From Eledone cirrhosa (taxonomy: Eukaryota), in the NCBI GenBank assembly GCA_964016885.1, contig OZ024744.1, forward strand, positions 23,932,001 through 23,996,000: a stretch of DNA of 64,000 nt, read 5' to 3'. Shown piece after piece: positions 12,001 through 26,800 of the stretch. The notes below the pieces were generated by a model. It was not told the DNA's origin. It worked only from the letters and a program-made list of their open reading frames with translations, and searched no databases. The position numbers and the translations under genes are program-made. Within the stretch, counting starts at the first letter, position 1; each line of letters starts with the position of its first letter.

Positions 12001-15000
12001 TTTTAACAACAGTTGAATCTTAAGAACTGACTCGTTTTAACAACAGCTGAATCTTAAGATAAAACTCGTATTAACAACAGTTGAATCTTAAGAACTGACA
12101 CGTTTTATCAACAGTTCAACCTTAAGAACTGACTCGTTTTAACAACAGTTGAATCTTCAAATAAAACTCGTTTTAACAACAGTTGAATCTAAAGAACTGA
12201 CTCGTTTTAACAACAGTTGAATCTTAAGATAAAACTCGTTTTAACAACAGTTGAATCTTAAGAACTGACTCATTTTAACAACAGTTGAATCTTAAGATAC
12301 AACTCGTTTTAACAACAGCTGAATCTTAAGATTAATCTCGTTTTAACAACAGTTGAATCTTAAGACAAAACCCGTTTTAACAACAGTTGAATCTTAAGAA
12401 CTGTCTCGATTTAACGACAGTTGAATCTTAAGAACTGACTCGTTTTAACAACAGCTGAATCTTAAGATTAAACTCGTTTTAACAACAGTTGAATCTTAAG
12501 ACAAAACCCGTTTTAACAACAGTTGAATCTTAAGAACTGTCTCGTTTTAACAACAGTTGAATCTTAAGATAAACCTCGTTTTAACAACAGTTTAATCTTA
12601 AAACTGACTCGTTTTAACAACAGTTGAATCTTAAGATAAAATTCGTTTTAACAACAGTTGAATCTTAAGAACTGATTCGTTTTAACAACAGTTCAAACTT
12701 AAGAACTGACTCGTTTTAACAACAGTTGAATCTTATGATAAAACTCATTTTAACAACAGTTGAATCTTAAGAACTGATTCGTTTTAACAACAGCTGAATC
12801 TTAAGATAAAACTCGTTTTAACAACAGTTGAATCTTAAGAACTGACTCGTTTTAACAACAGTTGAATCTTATGATAAAACTCATTTTAACAACAGTTGAA
12901 TGTTAAGATAAAACTCGTTTTAACAACAGTTGAATCTTAAGAACTGACTCTTTTTAACAACAGTTGAATGTTAAGATAAAACTCGTTTTAACAACAGTTG
13001 AATCTTAAGAACTGACTCGTTTTAACAACAGTTGAATCTTAAGAACTGACTCGTTTTAACAACAGTTGAATCTTATGATAAAACCCATTTTAACAACAGT
13101 TGAATCTTAAGATTAAACTCGTTTTAACAACAGTTGAATCTTAAGAACTGACTCGTTTTAACAACAGTTGAATCTTAAGAACTGACTCGTTTTATCAAGA
13201 TTTCAACCTTAAGAACTGACTCGTTTTAACAACAGATGAATCTTCAAATAAAACTCGTTTTAACAACAGTTGAATCTTAAGAACTGACTCGTTTTAACAG
13301 CAGTTGAATCTTAAGAACTGATTCGTTTTAACAACAGTTCAAACTTAAGAACTGACTCGTATTAACAACAGTTGAATCTTATTATAAAACTCATTTTAAC
13401 AACAGTTGAATCTTAAGAACTGATTCGTTTTAACAACAGATGAATCTTAAGATAAACCTCGTTTTAATAACAGTTGCATCTTAGGAACTGGCTCGTTTAA
13501 ACAACAGTTGAATCTTAAGATAAAACACGTTTTAACAACAGTTGAATCTTAAGAACTGACTCGTTTTAACAACAGTTGAATCTTAAGATAAACTCGTTTT
13601 AACAACAGTTGAATCTTAAGAACTGACTCGTTTTAACAACAGCTGAATCTTAAGATAAAACTCGTATTAACAACAGTTGAATCTTAAGAACTGACTCGTT
13701 TTATCAACAGTTCAACCTTAAGAACTGACTCGTTTTAACAACAGTTGAATCTTCAAATAAAACTCGTTTTAACAACAGTTGAATCTTAAGAACTGACTCG
13801 TTTTAACAACAGTTGAATGTTATGATAAAACTCGTTTTAACAACAGTTGAATCTTAAGAACTGACTCTTTTTAACAACAGTTGAATCTTAAGATAATACT
13901 CGTTTTAACAACAGTTGAATCTTAAGATAAAATTCTTTTTAACAATAGTTGAATGTTAAGAACTCTTTCGTTTTAACAACAGTGCAAACTTAAGAGCTGA
14001 CTCGTTTTAACAACAGCTGAATCTTATGATAAAACTCATTTTAACAACAGTTGAATCTTAAGATAAAACTCGTTTTACCAACAGTTGAATCTTAAGCACT
14101 GTCTCGTTTTAACAACAGTTGAATCTTAAGATAAAACTCGTTTTAACAACAGTTGAATCTTAAGAACTAACTCGTTTTAACAACAGTTGAATCTTTTGAT
14201 AAAACCCATTTTAACAACAGTTGAATCTTAAGATTAAACTCGTTTTAACAATAGTTGAATCTTAAGAACTGACTCGTTTTAACAACAGTTGAATCTTAAG
14301 AACTGACTCGTTTTATCAACATTTCAACCTTAAGAACTGACTCGTTTTAACAACAGTTGAATCTTCAAATAAAACTCGTTTTAACAACAGTTGAAACTTA
14401 AGAACTGACTCGTTTTAACAACAGTTGAATCTTAAGAACTGATTCGTTTTAACAACAGTTCAAACTTAAGAACTGACTCGTAGTAACAACAGTTGAATCT
14501 TATTATAAAACTCATTTTAAAAACAGTTGCATCTTAAGAACTGGCTCGTTTAAACAACAGTTGAATCTTAAGATAAAACTCGTTTTAACAACAGTTGAAT
14601 CTTAACATAAAATTCGTTTTAACAATAGTTGAATGTTAAGAACTCTTTCGTTTTAACAACAGTGCAAACTTAAGAGCTGACTCGTTTTAACAACAGTTGA
14701 ATCTTATGATAAAACTCATTTTAACAACAGTTGAATCTTAAGATAAAACTCGTTTTAACAACAGTTGAATCTTAAGCACTGTCTCGTTTTAACAACAGTT
14801 GAATCTTAAGATAAAACTCGTTTTAACAACAGTTGAATCTTAAGAACTGACTCGTTTTAACAACAGTTGAATCTTAAGAACTGACTCGTTTTAACAGCAG
14901 TTGAATCTTAATATAAAACTCGTTTTAACAACAGTTGAATCTTAAGATAAAACTCGTTTTAACAATAGTTGAATCTTAAGAACTAACTCGTTTTAACAAC

Positions 15001-18000
15001 AGTTGAATCTTAAGATAAAACTCGTTTTAACAACAGTTGAATCTTAAGAACTGACTCGTTTTAACAACAGCTGAATCTTAAGATAAAACTCGTATTAACA
15101 ACAGTTGAATCTTAAGAACTGACACGTTTTATCAACAGTTCAACCTTAAGAACTGACTCGTTTTAACAACAGTTGAATCTTCAAATAAAACTCGTTTTAA
15201 CAACAGTTGAATCTAAAGAACTGACTCGTTTTAACAACAGTTGAATCTTAAGATAAAACTCGTTTTAACAACAGTTGAATCTTAAGAACTGACTCACTTT
15301 AACAACAGTTGAATCTTAAGATACAACTCGTTTTAACAACAGCTGAATCTTAAGATTAATCTCGTTTTAACAACAGTTGAATCTTAAGACAAAACCCGTT
15401 TTAACAACAGTTGAATCTTAAGAACTGTCTCGATTTAACGACAGTTGAATCTTAAGAACTGACTCGTTTTAACAACAGCTGAATCTTAAGATTAAACTCG
15501 TTTTAACAACAGTTGAATCTTAAGACAAAACCCGTTTTAACAACAGTTGAATCTTAAGAACTGTCTCGTTTTAACAACAGTTGAATCTTAAGATAAACCT
15601 CGTTTTAACAACAGTTTAATCTTAAAACTGACTCGTTTTAACAACAGTTGAATCTTAAGAACTGATTCGTTTTAACAACAGTTCAAACTTAAGAACTGAC
15701 TCGTTTTAACAACAGTTGAATCTTATGATAAAACTCATTTTAACAACAGTTGAATCTTAAGAACTGATTCGTTTTAACAACAGCTGAATCTTAAGATAAA
15801 ACTCGTTTTAACAACAGTTGAATCTTAAGAACTGACTCGTTTTAACAACAGTTGAATCTTATGATAAAACTCATTTTAACAACAGTTGAATGTTAAGATA
15901 AAACTCGTTTTAACAACAGTTGAATCTTAAGAACTGACTCTTTTTAACAACAGTTGAATGTTAAGATAAAACTCGTTTTAACAACAGTTGAATCTTAAGA
16001 ACTGACTCGTTTTAACAACAGTTGAATCTTAAGAACTGACTCGTTTTAACAACAGTTGAATCTTATGATAAAACCCATTTTAACAACAGTTGAATCTTAA
16101 GATTAAACTCGTTTTAACAACAGTTGAATCTTAAGAACTGACTCGTTTTAACAACAGTTGAATCTTAAGAACTGACTCGTTTTATCAAGATTTCAACCTT
16201 AAGAACTGACTCGTTTTAACAACAGATGAATCTTCAAATAAAACTCGTTTTAACAACAGTTGAATCTTAAGAACTGACTCGTTTTAACAGCAGTTGAATC
16301 TTAAGAACTGATTCGTTTTAACAACAGTTCAAACTTAAGAACTGACTCGTATTAACAACAGTTGAATCTTATTATAAAACTCATTTTAACAACAGTTGAA
16401 TCTTAAGAACTGATTCGTTTTAACAACAGATGAATCTTAAGATAAACCTCGTTTTAATAACAGTTGCATCTTAGGAACTGGCTCGTTTAAACAACAGTTG
16501 AATCTTAAGATAAAACACGTTTTAACAACAGTTGAATCTTAAGAACTGACTCGTTTTAACAACAGTTGAATCTTAAGATAAACTCGTTTTAACAACAGTT
16601 GAATCTTAAGAACTGACTCGTTTTAACAACAGCTGAATCTTAAGATAAAACTCGTATTAACAACAGTTGAATCTTAAGAACTGACTCGTTTTATCAACAG
16701 TTCAACCTTAAGAACTGACTCGTTTTAACAACAGTTGAATCTTCAAATAAAACTCGTTTTAACAACAGTTGAATCTTAAGAACTGACTCGTTTTAACAAC
16801 AGTTGAATGTTATGATAAAACTCGTTTTAACAACAGTTGAATCTTAAGAACTGACTCTTTTTAACAACAGTTGAATCTTAAGATAATACTCGTTTTAACA
16901 ACAGTTGAATCTTAAGATAAAATTCTTTTTAACAATAGTTGAATGTTAAGAACTCTTTCGTTTTAACAACAGTGCAAACTTAAGAGCTGACTCGTTTTAA
17001 CAACAGCTGAATCTTATGATAAAACTCATTTTAACAACAGTTGAATCTTAAGATAAAACTCGTTTTACCAACAGTTGAATCTTAAGCACTGTCTCGTTTT
17101 AACAACAGTTGAATCTTAAGATAAAACTCGTTTTAACAACAGTTGAATCTTAAGAACTAACTCGTTTTAACAACAGTTGAATCTTTTGATAAAACCCATT
17201 TTAACAACAGTTGAATCTTAAGATTAAACTCGTTTTAACAATAGTTGAATCTTAAGAACTGTCTCGTTTTAACAACAGTTGAATCTTAAGAACTGACTCG
17301 TTTTATCAACATTTCAACCTTAAGAACTGACTCGTTTTAACAACAGTTGAATCTTCAAATAAAACTCGTTTTAACAACAGTTGAAACTTAAGAACTGACT
17401 CGTTTTAACAACAGTTGAATCTTAAGAACTGATTCGTTTTAACAACAGTTCAAACTTAAGAACTGACTCGTATTAACAACAGTTGAATCTTATTATAAAA
17501 CTCATTTTAAAAACAGTTGCATCTTAAGAACTGGCTCGTTTAAACAACAGTTGAATCTTAAGATAAAACTCGTTTTAACAACAGTTGAATCTTAACATAA
17601 AATTCGTTTTAACAATAGTTGAATGTTAAGAACTCTTTCGTTTTAACAACAGTGCAAACTTAAGAGCTGACTCGTTTTAACAACAGTTGAATCTTATGAT
17701 AAAACTCATTTTAACAACAGTTGAATCTTAAGATAAAACTCGTTTTAACAACAGTTGAATCTTCAAATAAAACTCGTTTTAACAACAGTTGAATCTTAAG
17801 AACTGACTCGTTTTAACAACAGTTGAATGTTATGATAAAACTCGTTTTAACAACAGTTGAATCTTAAGAACTGACTCTTTTTAACAACAGTTGAATCTTA
17901 AGATAATACTCGTTTTAACAACAGTTGAATCTTAAGATAAAATTCGTTTTAACAATAGTTGAATGTTAAGAACTCTTTCGTTTTAACAACAGTGCAAACT

Positions 18001-18700
18001 GAAGAGCTGACTCGTTTTAACAACAGCTGAATCTTATGATAAAACTCATTTTAACAACAGTTGAATCTTAAGATAAAACTCGTTTTACCAACAGTTGAAT
18101 CTTCAGCACTGTCTCGTTTTAACAACAGTTGAATCTTAAGATAAAACTCGTTTTAACAACAGTTGAATCTTAAGAACTAACTCGTTTTAACAACAGTTGA
18201 ATCTTTTGATAAAACCCATTTTAACAACAGTTGAATCTTAAGATTAAACTCGTTTTAACAATAGTTGAATCTTAAGAAGTGACTCGTTTTAACAACAGTT
18301 GAATCTTAAGAACTGACTCGTTTTATCAACATTTCAACCTTAAGAACTGACTCGTTTTAACAACAGTTGAATCTTCAAATAAAACTCGTTTTAACAACAG
18401 TTGAAACTTAAGAACTGACTCGTTTTAACAACTGTTGAATCTTAAGAACTGATTCGTTTTAACAACAGTTCAAACTTAAGAACTGACTCGTATTAACAAC
18501 AGTTGAATCTTATTATAAAACTCATTTTAAAACAGTTGCATCTTAAGAACTGGCTCGTTTAAACAACAGTTGAATCTTAAGATAAAACTCGTTTTAACAA
18601 CAGTTGAATCTTAACATAAAATTCGTTTTAACAATAGTTGAATGTTAAGAACTCTTTCGTTTTAACAACAGTGCAAACTTAAGAGCTAACAACAGCTGAA
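1..18700 (+). repeat. HOR domain I: about six variable-length higher-order units of 69-89 monomers (2.3-3.0 kb)
   Basis: Marker gataCaac at 1627, 4074, 6964, 9309, 12300 and 15324 (spacings 2447, 2890, 2345, 2991, 3024 = 72, 85, 69, 88, 89 monomers allowing for 1-bp indels). A second marker, ttaGgaactgg, occurs at 2982, 5089, 8183, 10460, 13484 and 16474. Domain boundaries are approximate. Confidence 0.9.
16741..18690 (+). repeat. Tandem repeat of a 30-monomer (1,020-bp) block, slightly diverged
   Basis: Sequence from 16741 and from 17761 runs in register (gaatgttatg 16805/17825, ttttacc near 17067/18087) with several point differences (e.g. 18001, 18104, 18279). It ends at a 10-bp deletion at 18687/18688. 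Confidence 0.85.
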
Positions 18701-19320
18701 TCTTATGATAAAACTCATTTTAACAACAGTTGATTCTTAAGATAAAACTCGTTTTAACAACAGTTGAATCTTAAGCACTGTCTCGTTTTAACAACAGTTG
18801 AATCTTAAGATAAAACTCGTTTTAACAACAGTTGAATCTTAAGAACTGACTCGTTTTAACAACAGTTGAATCTTAAGAATTGACTCGTTTTAACAACAGT
18901 TGAATCTTATGATAAAACCCATTTTAACAACAGTTGAATCTTAAGATTAAACTCGTTTTAACAATAGTTGCATCTTAAGAACTGACTCGTTTTAACAACA
19001 GTTGAATCTTAAGAACTGACTCGTTTTATCAACATTTCAACCTTAAGAACTGACTCGTTTTAACAACAGTTGAATCTTAATGACTGATTCGTTTTAACAA
19101 CAGTTCAAACTTAAGAACTGACTCGTATTAACAACAGTTGAATCTTATTATAAAACTCATTTTAACAACAGTTGAATCTTAAGAACTGACTCGTTTTAAC
19201 AACAGCTGAATCTTAAGATAAAACTCGTATTAACAACAGTTGAATCTTAAGAACTGACTCGTTTTATCAACAGTTCAACCTTAAGAACTGACTCGTTTTA
19301 ACAACAGTTGAATCTTCAAA

Positions 19321-22300
19321 TAAAACTCGTTTTAACAGCAGTTGAATCTTAAGATCTGTCTCGTTTTAACAACAGTTGAATCTTAAGAACTGATTCGTTT
19401 TAACAACAGTTCAAACTTAAGAACTGACTCGTTTTAACAACAGTTGAATCTTAAGAACTGACTCTTTTTAACAACAGTTGAAACTTAAGAAAAAACTCGT
19501 TTTAACAACAGTTGAATCTTGAGATAAAATTCGTTTTAACAATAGTTGAATGTTAAGAACTGTTTCGTTTTAACAATAGTGCAAACTTAAGAGCTGACTC
19601 GTTTTAACAACTGTTGAATCTTATGATAAAACTCATTTTAACAACAGTTGAATCTTAAGATAAAACTTGTTTTAACAACAGTTGAATCTTAAGCACTGTC
19701 TCGTTTTAACAACAGTTGAATCTTAAGATAATATTCGTTTTAACAACAGTTGAATCTTAAGAACTGACTCGTTTTAACAACAGTTGAATCTTAAGAACTG
19801 ACTCGTTTTAACAACAGTTGAATCTTATGATAAAACCCATTTTAACAACAGTTGAATCTTAAGATTAAACTCGTTTTAACAACAGTTGAATCTTAAGAAC
19901 TGATTCGTTTTAACAACAGTTCAAACTTAAGAACTGACTCGTATTAACAACAGTTGAATCTTATTATAAAACTCATTTTAACAACAGTTGAATCTTAAGA
20001 ACTGATTCGTTTTAACAACAGATGAATCTTAAGATAAACCTCGTTTTAACAACAGTTGCATCTTAAGAACTGGCTCGTTTAAACAACAGTTGAATCTTAA
20101 GATAAAACACGTTTTAACAACAGTTGAATCTTAAGAACTGACTCGTTTTAACAACAGTTGAATCTTAAGATAAACTCGTTTTAACAACAGTTGAATCTTA
20201 AGAACTGACTCGTTTTAACAACAGTTGAATCTTATTATAAAACTCATTTTAACAACAGTTGAATCTTAAGAACTGACTCGTTTTAACAACAGCTGAATCT
20301 TAAGATAAAACTCGTATTAACAACAGTTGAATCTTAAGAACTGACTCGTTTTATCAACAGTTCAACCTTAAGAACTGACTCGTTTTAACAACAGTTGAAT
20401 CTTCAAATAAAACTCGTTTTAACAACAGTTGAATCTTAAGAACTGACTCGTTTTAACAACAGTTGAATCTTAAGATAAAATTCGTTTTAACAACAGTTGA
20501 ATCTTAAGAACTGATTCGTTTTAACAACAGTTCAAACTTAAGAACTGACTCGTTTTAACAACAGTTGAATCTTATGATAAAACTCATTTAAACAACAGTT
20601 GAATCTTAAGAACTGATTCGTTTTAACAACAGATGAATCTTAAGATAAACCTTGTTTTAACAAAAGTTGAATCTTAAGAACTGGCTCGTTTTAACAACAG
20701 TTGAATCTTACGATAAAACTCGTTTTAACATCAGTTGAATCTTAAGAACTGACTAATTTTAACAACAGCTGAATCTTAAGATAAAACTCGTTTTAACAAC
20801 AGTTGAATCTTAAGAACTGACTCGTTTTAACAACAGTTCAACCTTCAAAACTGACTCATCTTAACAACAGTTGAATCTTCAAATAAAACTCGTATTAACA
20901 ACAGTTGAATCTTAAGAACTGACTCGTTTTAACAACAGTTGAATCTTATGATAAAACTCATTCTAACAATAGTTGAATGTTAAGATATAACTCGTTTTAA
21001 CAACAGTTGAATCTTAAGAACTGACTCGTTTTAACAACAGTTCAACCTTCAAAACTGACTCATCTTAACAACAGTTGAATCTTCAAATAAAACTCGTATT
21101 AACAACAGTTGAATCTTAAGAACTGACTTGTTTTAACAACAGTTGAATCTTATGATAAAACTCATTCTAACAATAGTTGAATCTTAAGATAAAACTCGTT
21201 TTAACAACAGTTGAATCTTAAGATAAAATTCGTTTTAACAATAGTTGAATGTTAAGAACTGTTTCGTTTTAACAACAGTGCAAACTTAAGAGCTGACACG
21301 TTTTAACAACTGTTGAATCTTATGATAAAACTCATTTTAACAACAGTTGAATCTTAAGATAATACTTGTTTTAACAACAGTTGAATCTTAAGCACTGTCT
21401 CGTTTTAACAACAGTTGAATCTTAAGATTAAACTCGTTTTAACAACAGTTGAATCTTAAGAACTGATTCGTTTTAACAACAGTTCAAACTTAAGAACTGA
21501 CTCGTATTAACAACAGTTGAATCTTATTATAAAACTCATTTTAACAACAGTTCGAATCTTAAGAACTGATTCGTTTTAACAACAGATGAATCATAAGATA
21601 AACCTCGTTTTAACAACAGTTGCATCTTAAGAACTGGCTCGTTTAAACAACAGTTGAATCTTAAGATAAAACACGTTTTAACAACAGTTGAATCTTAAGA
21701 ACTGACTCGTTTTAACAACAGTTGAATCTTAAGATAAACTCGTTTTAACAACAGTTGAATCTTAAGAACTGACTCGTTTTAACAACAGCTGAATCTTAAG
21801 ATAAACTCGTTTTAACAACAGTTGAGTCTTAAGAACTGACTCGTTTTAACAACAGTTGAATCTTAAGATAAAACTCGTTTTAACAACAGCTGAATCTTAA
21901 GATTAAACTCATTTTAACAACAGTTGAATCTCAAGACAAAACCCGTTTTAACAACAGTTGAATCTTAAGAACTAACTCGTTTTAACAACAGTTGAATCTT
22001 AAGAACTGACTCGTATTAAGAACAATTGAATCTTAAGATAACATTCGTTTTAACAACAGTTGCATCTTAAGAACTGACTCGTTTTAACGACAGTTGAATC
22101 TTAAGATAAACCTCGTTTTAACAAAAGTTTAATCTTAACAACTGACTCGTTTTAACAACAGTTGAATCTTATGATAAAACCCATTTTAACAACAGTTGAA
22201 TCTTAAGATAAAACTCGTTTTAACAACAGTTGAATCTTAAGAACTGACTCGTTTTAACAACAGTTGAATCTTAAGAACTGACTCGTTTTAACAACAGTTG

Positions 22301-23752
22301 AATCTTAAGAACTGACTCGTTTCATAAACAGTTCAACCTTAAGAACTGACTCGTTTTAACAACAGTTGAATCTTCAAATAAAACTCGTTTTAACAACAGT
22401 TGAATATTAAGAACTGACTCGTTTTAACAGCAGTTGAATCTTAATATAAAACTCGTTTTAACAACAGTTGAATCGTAAGAACTGACTCGTTTTAATAACA
22501 GTTGAATCTTAAGATAAAACTCGTTTTAACAACAGTTGAATCTTAAGAACTGACTCGTTTTAACAACAACTGAATTTTAAGATAAAACTCGTTTTAACAA
22601 CAGTTGAATCTTAAGAACTGACTCGTTTTATCAACAGTTCAACCTTAAGAACTGACTCTTTTTAACAACAGTTGAATCTTCAAATAAATCTCGTTTTAAC
22701 AACAGTTGAATGTTTAGAACTGATTCGTTTTAACAACAGCTGAATCTTAAGATAAACTCGTTTTAGCAACAGTTGAATCTTAAGATAAACCTCGTTTTAA
22801 CAACAGTTTAATCTTCAGAACTGACTCGTTTTAACAACAGTTGAATCTTAAGATAAAACTCGTTTTAACAGCAGTTGAATCTTAAGATCTGTCTCGTTTT
22901 AACAACAGTTGAATCTTAAGAACTGATTCGTTTTAACAACAGTTCAAACTTAAGAACTGACTCGTTTTAACAACAGTTGAATCTTAAGAACTGACTCTTT
23001 TTAACAACAGTTGAAACTTAAGAAAAAACTCGTTTTAACAACAGTTGAATCTTGAGATAAAATTCGTTTTAACAATAGTTGAATGTTAAGAACTGTTTCG
23101 TTTTAACAATAGTGCAAACTTAAGAGCTGACTCGTTTTAACAACTGTTGAATCTTATGATAAAACTCATTTTAACAACAGTTGAATCTTAAGATAAAACT
23201 TGTTTTAACAACAGTTGAATCTTAAGCACTGTCTCGTTTTAACAACAGTTGAATCTTAAGATAATATTCGTTTTAACAACAGTTGAATCTTAAGAACTGA
23301 CTCGTTTTAACAACAGTTGAATCTTAAGAACTGACTCGTTTTAACAACAGTTGAATCTTATGATAAAACCCATTTTAACAACAGTTGAATCTTAAGATTA
23401 AACTCGTTTTAACAACAGTTGAATCTTAAGAACTGATTCGTTTTAACAACAGTTCAAACTTAAGAACTGACTCGTATTAACAACAGTTGAATCTTATTAT
23501 AAAACTCATTTTAACAACAGTTGAATCTTAAGAACTGATTCGTTTTAACAACAGATGAATCTTAAGATAAACCTCGTTTTAACAACAGTTGCATCTTAAG
23601 AACTGGCTCGTTTAAACAACAGTTGAATCTTAAGATAAAACACGTTTTAACAACAGTTGAATCTTAAGAACTGACTCGTTTTAACAACAGTTGAATCTTA
23701 AGATAAACTCGTTTTAACAACAGTTGAATCTTAAGAACTGACTCGTTTTAAC
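19321..23752 (+). repeat. Non-adjacent ~900-bp duplication (about 19321-20219 and 22854-23752, offset 3,533 bp) in a mixed transition zone
   Basis: Private variants are shared at a constant offset: aagaTctgtc 19355/22888 and cttGagata 19521/23054. The variants aaacttaagaaaaaact and gataatattcg are also present in both copies. Confidence 0.88.
20810..21180 (+). repeat. Local 6-monomer (204-bp) tandem duplication
   Basis: The private string accttcaaaactgactcatCtt has its marked C at 20860 and 21064. cattctaacaatag occurs in both copies. Confidence 0.88.
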
Positions 23753-23899
23753 TACAGCTGAATCTTAAGATAAAACTCGTTTTAACAACAGTTGAATCTT
23801 AAGAACGGACTCGTTTTAACAACAGCTGAATCTTAAGATAAAACTCATTTTAACAACAGTTGAATCTTAAGAACTGACTCGTTTTAACAACAGTTCGAC

Positions 23900-26800
23900 C
23901 TTAAGAACTGACTCGTTTTAACAACTGTTGAATCTTCAAATAAAACTCGTTTTAACAACAGTTGAATCTTAAGAATTGACTCGTTTTAACAACAATTAAA
24001 TCTTAAGACAAAACCCGTTTTAACAACAGTTGAATCTTAAGAACTGACTCGTTTTAACAACAGTTGAATCTTAAGATAAAATTCGTTTTAACAACAGTTG
24101 AATCTTAAGAACTGATTCGTTTTAACAACAGTTCAAACTTAAGAACAGACTCGTATTAACAACAGTTGAATCTTATTATAAAACTCATTTTAACAACAGT
24201 TCAACCTTAAGAACTGACTCGTTTTAACAACAGTTGAATCTTCAAATAAACCTCGTTTTAACAACAGTTGCATCTTAAGAACTGGCTCGTTTAAACAACA
24301 GTTGAATCTTAAGATAAAACTCGTTTTAACAACAGTTGAATCTTAAGAACTGACTCGTTTTAACAACAGTTGAATCTTCAAATAAAACTCGTTTTAACAA
24401 CAGTTGAATCTTAAGAATTGACTCGTTTTAACAACAGTTGAATCTTAAGACAAAACCCGTTTTAACAACAGTTGAATCTTAAGAACTGACTCGTTTTAAC
24501 AACAGTTGAATCTTAAGATAAAACTCGTTTTAACAACAGTTGAATCTTAAGAACTGACTCGTTTTATCAACAGTTGAATCTTAAGATAAACTCGTTTTAA
24601 CAACAGTTGAATATTAAGAACTGACTCGTTTTAACAACAGCTGAATCTTAAGATAAAACTCGTATTAACAACAGTTGAATCTTAAGAACTGACTCGTTTT
24701 AACAACAGTTGAATCTTAAGAACTGACTCGTTTTATAAACAGTTCAACCTTAAGAACTGACTCGTTTTAACAACAGTTGAATATTAAAAACTGACTAGTT
24801 TTAACCGCAGCTGAATCTTATAATACAACTCGTTTTAACAACAGTTGAATCTTCAGATAAAACTCGTTTTAACAACAGATGATTCTCAAGAACTGACTCG
24901 TTTTAACAACAGTTGAATCTTAAGATAAAACTCGTTTTAACAACAGTTGAATCTTAAGAACTGACTCGTATTAACAACAATTGAATCTTAAGATAACATT
25001 CGTTTTAACAACAGTTGCATCTTAAGAAGTGACTCGTTTTAACGACAGTTGAATCTTAAGATAAACCTCGTTTTAACAACGGTTGAATCTTAAGAACTGA
25101 CTCGTTTTATCAACAGTTCAACCTTAAGAACTGACTCATTTTAACAACAGTTGAATCTTCAAATAAAACTCGTTTTAACAACAGTTGAATGTTAAGAACT
25201 GATTCGTTTTAACAACAGCTGAATCTTAAGATAAACTCGTTTTAACAACAGTTGAATCTTAAGATAAACCTCGTTTTAACAACGGTTTAATCTTAAGAAC
25301 TGACTCGTTTTAACAACAGTTGAATCTTAAGATAAAATTCGTTTTAACAACAGTTGAATCTTAAGAACTGACTCGTTTTAACAACAGTTGAATCTTAAGA
25401 GCTGATTCGTTTTAACAACAGTTCAAACTTAAGAACTGACTCGTTTTAACAACAGTTGAATCTTAAGATAAAACTCGTTTTAACAACAGTTGAATCTTAA
25501 GAACTGACTCGTTTTAACAACAGTTGAATCTTAAGAACTGACTCGTTTTAACAACAGTTGAATCTTATGATAAAACCCATTTTAACAACAGTTGAATCTT
25601 AATATTAAACTCGTTTTAACAACAGTTGAATCTAAAGAACTGATTCGTTTTAACAACAGTTCAAACTTAAGAACTGACTCGTATTAAGAACAGTTGAATC
25701 TTATTATAAAACTCATTTTAACAACAGTTGAATCTTAAGAACTGATTCGTTTTAACAACAGATGAATCTTAAGATAAACCTCGTTTTAACAACAGTTGCA
25801 TCTTAAGAACTGGCTCGTTTAAACAACAGTTGAATCTTAAGATAAAACACGTTTTAACAACAGTTGAATCTTAAGAACTGACTCGTTTTAACAACAGTTG
25901 CATCTTAAGATAAACTCGTTTTAACAACAGTTGAATCTTAAGAACTGACTCGTTTTAACAACAGCTGAATCTTAAGATAAAACTCGTTTTAACAACAGTT
26001 GAATCTTAAGAACTGACTCGTTTTAACAACAGCTGAATCTTAAGATAAAACTCGTTTTAACAACAGTTGAATCTTAAGAACTGACTCGTTTTAACAACAG
26101 TTCAACCTTAAGAACTGACTCGTTTTAACAACTGTTGAATCTTCAAATAAAACTCGTTTTAACAACAGTTGAATCTTAAGAACTGACTCGTTTTAACAAC
26201 AGTTCAACCTTAAGAACTGACTCGTTTTAACAACAGTTGAATCTTCAAATAAAACTCGTTTTAACAACAGTTGAATCTTAAGAATTGACTCGTTTTAACA
26301 ACAGTTGAATCTTAAGACAAAACCCGTTTTAACAACAGTTGAATCTTAAGAACTGACTCGTTTTAACAACAGTTGAATCTTAAGATAAAACTCGTTTTAA
26401 CAACAGTTGAATCTTAAGAACTGACTCGTTTTATCAACAGTTGAATCTTAAGATAAACTCGTTTTAACAACAGTTGAATCTTAAGAACTGACTCGTTTTA
26501 ACAACAGTTGAATCTTAAGAACTGACTCGTTTTAACAACAGCTGAATCTTAAGATAAAACTCGTATTAACAACAGTTGAATCTTAAGAACTGACTCGTTT
26601 TAACAACAGTTGAATCTTAAGAACTGACTCGTGTTATAAACAGTTCAACCTTAAGAACTGACTCGTTTTAACAACAGTTGAATATTAAAAACTGACTAGT
26701 TTTAACCGCAGCTGAATCTTATAATACAACTCGTTTTAACAACAGTTGAATCTTCAGATAAAACTCGTTTTAACAACAGATGATTCTCAAGAACTGACTC

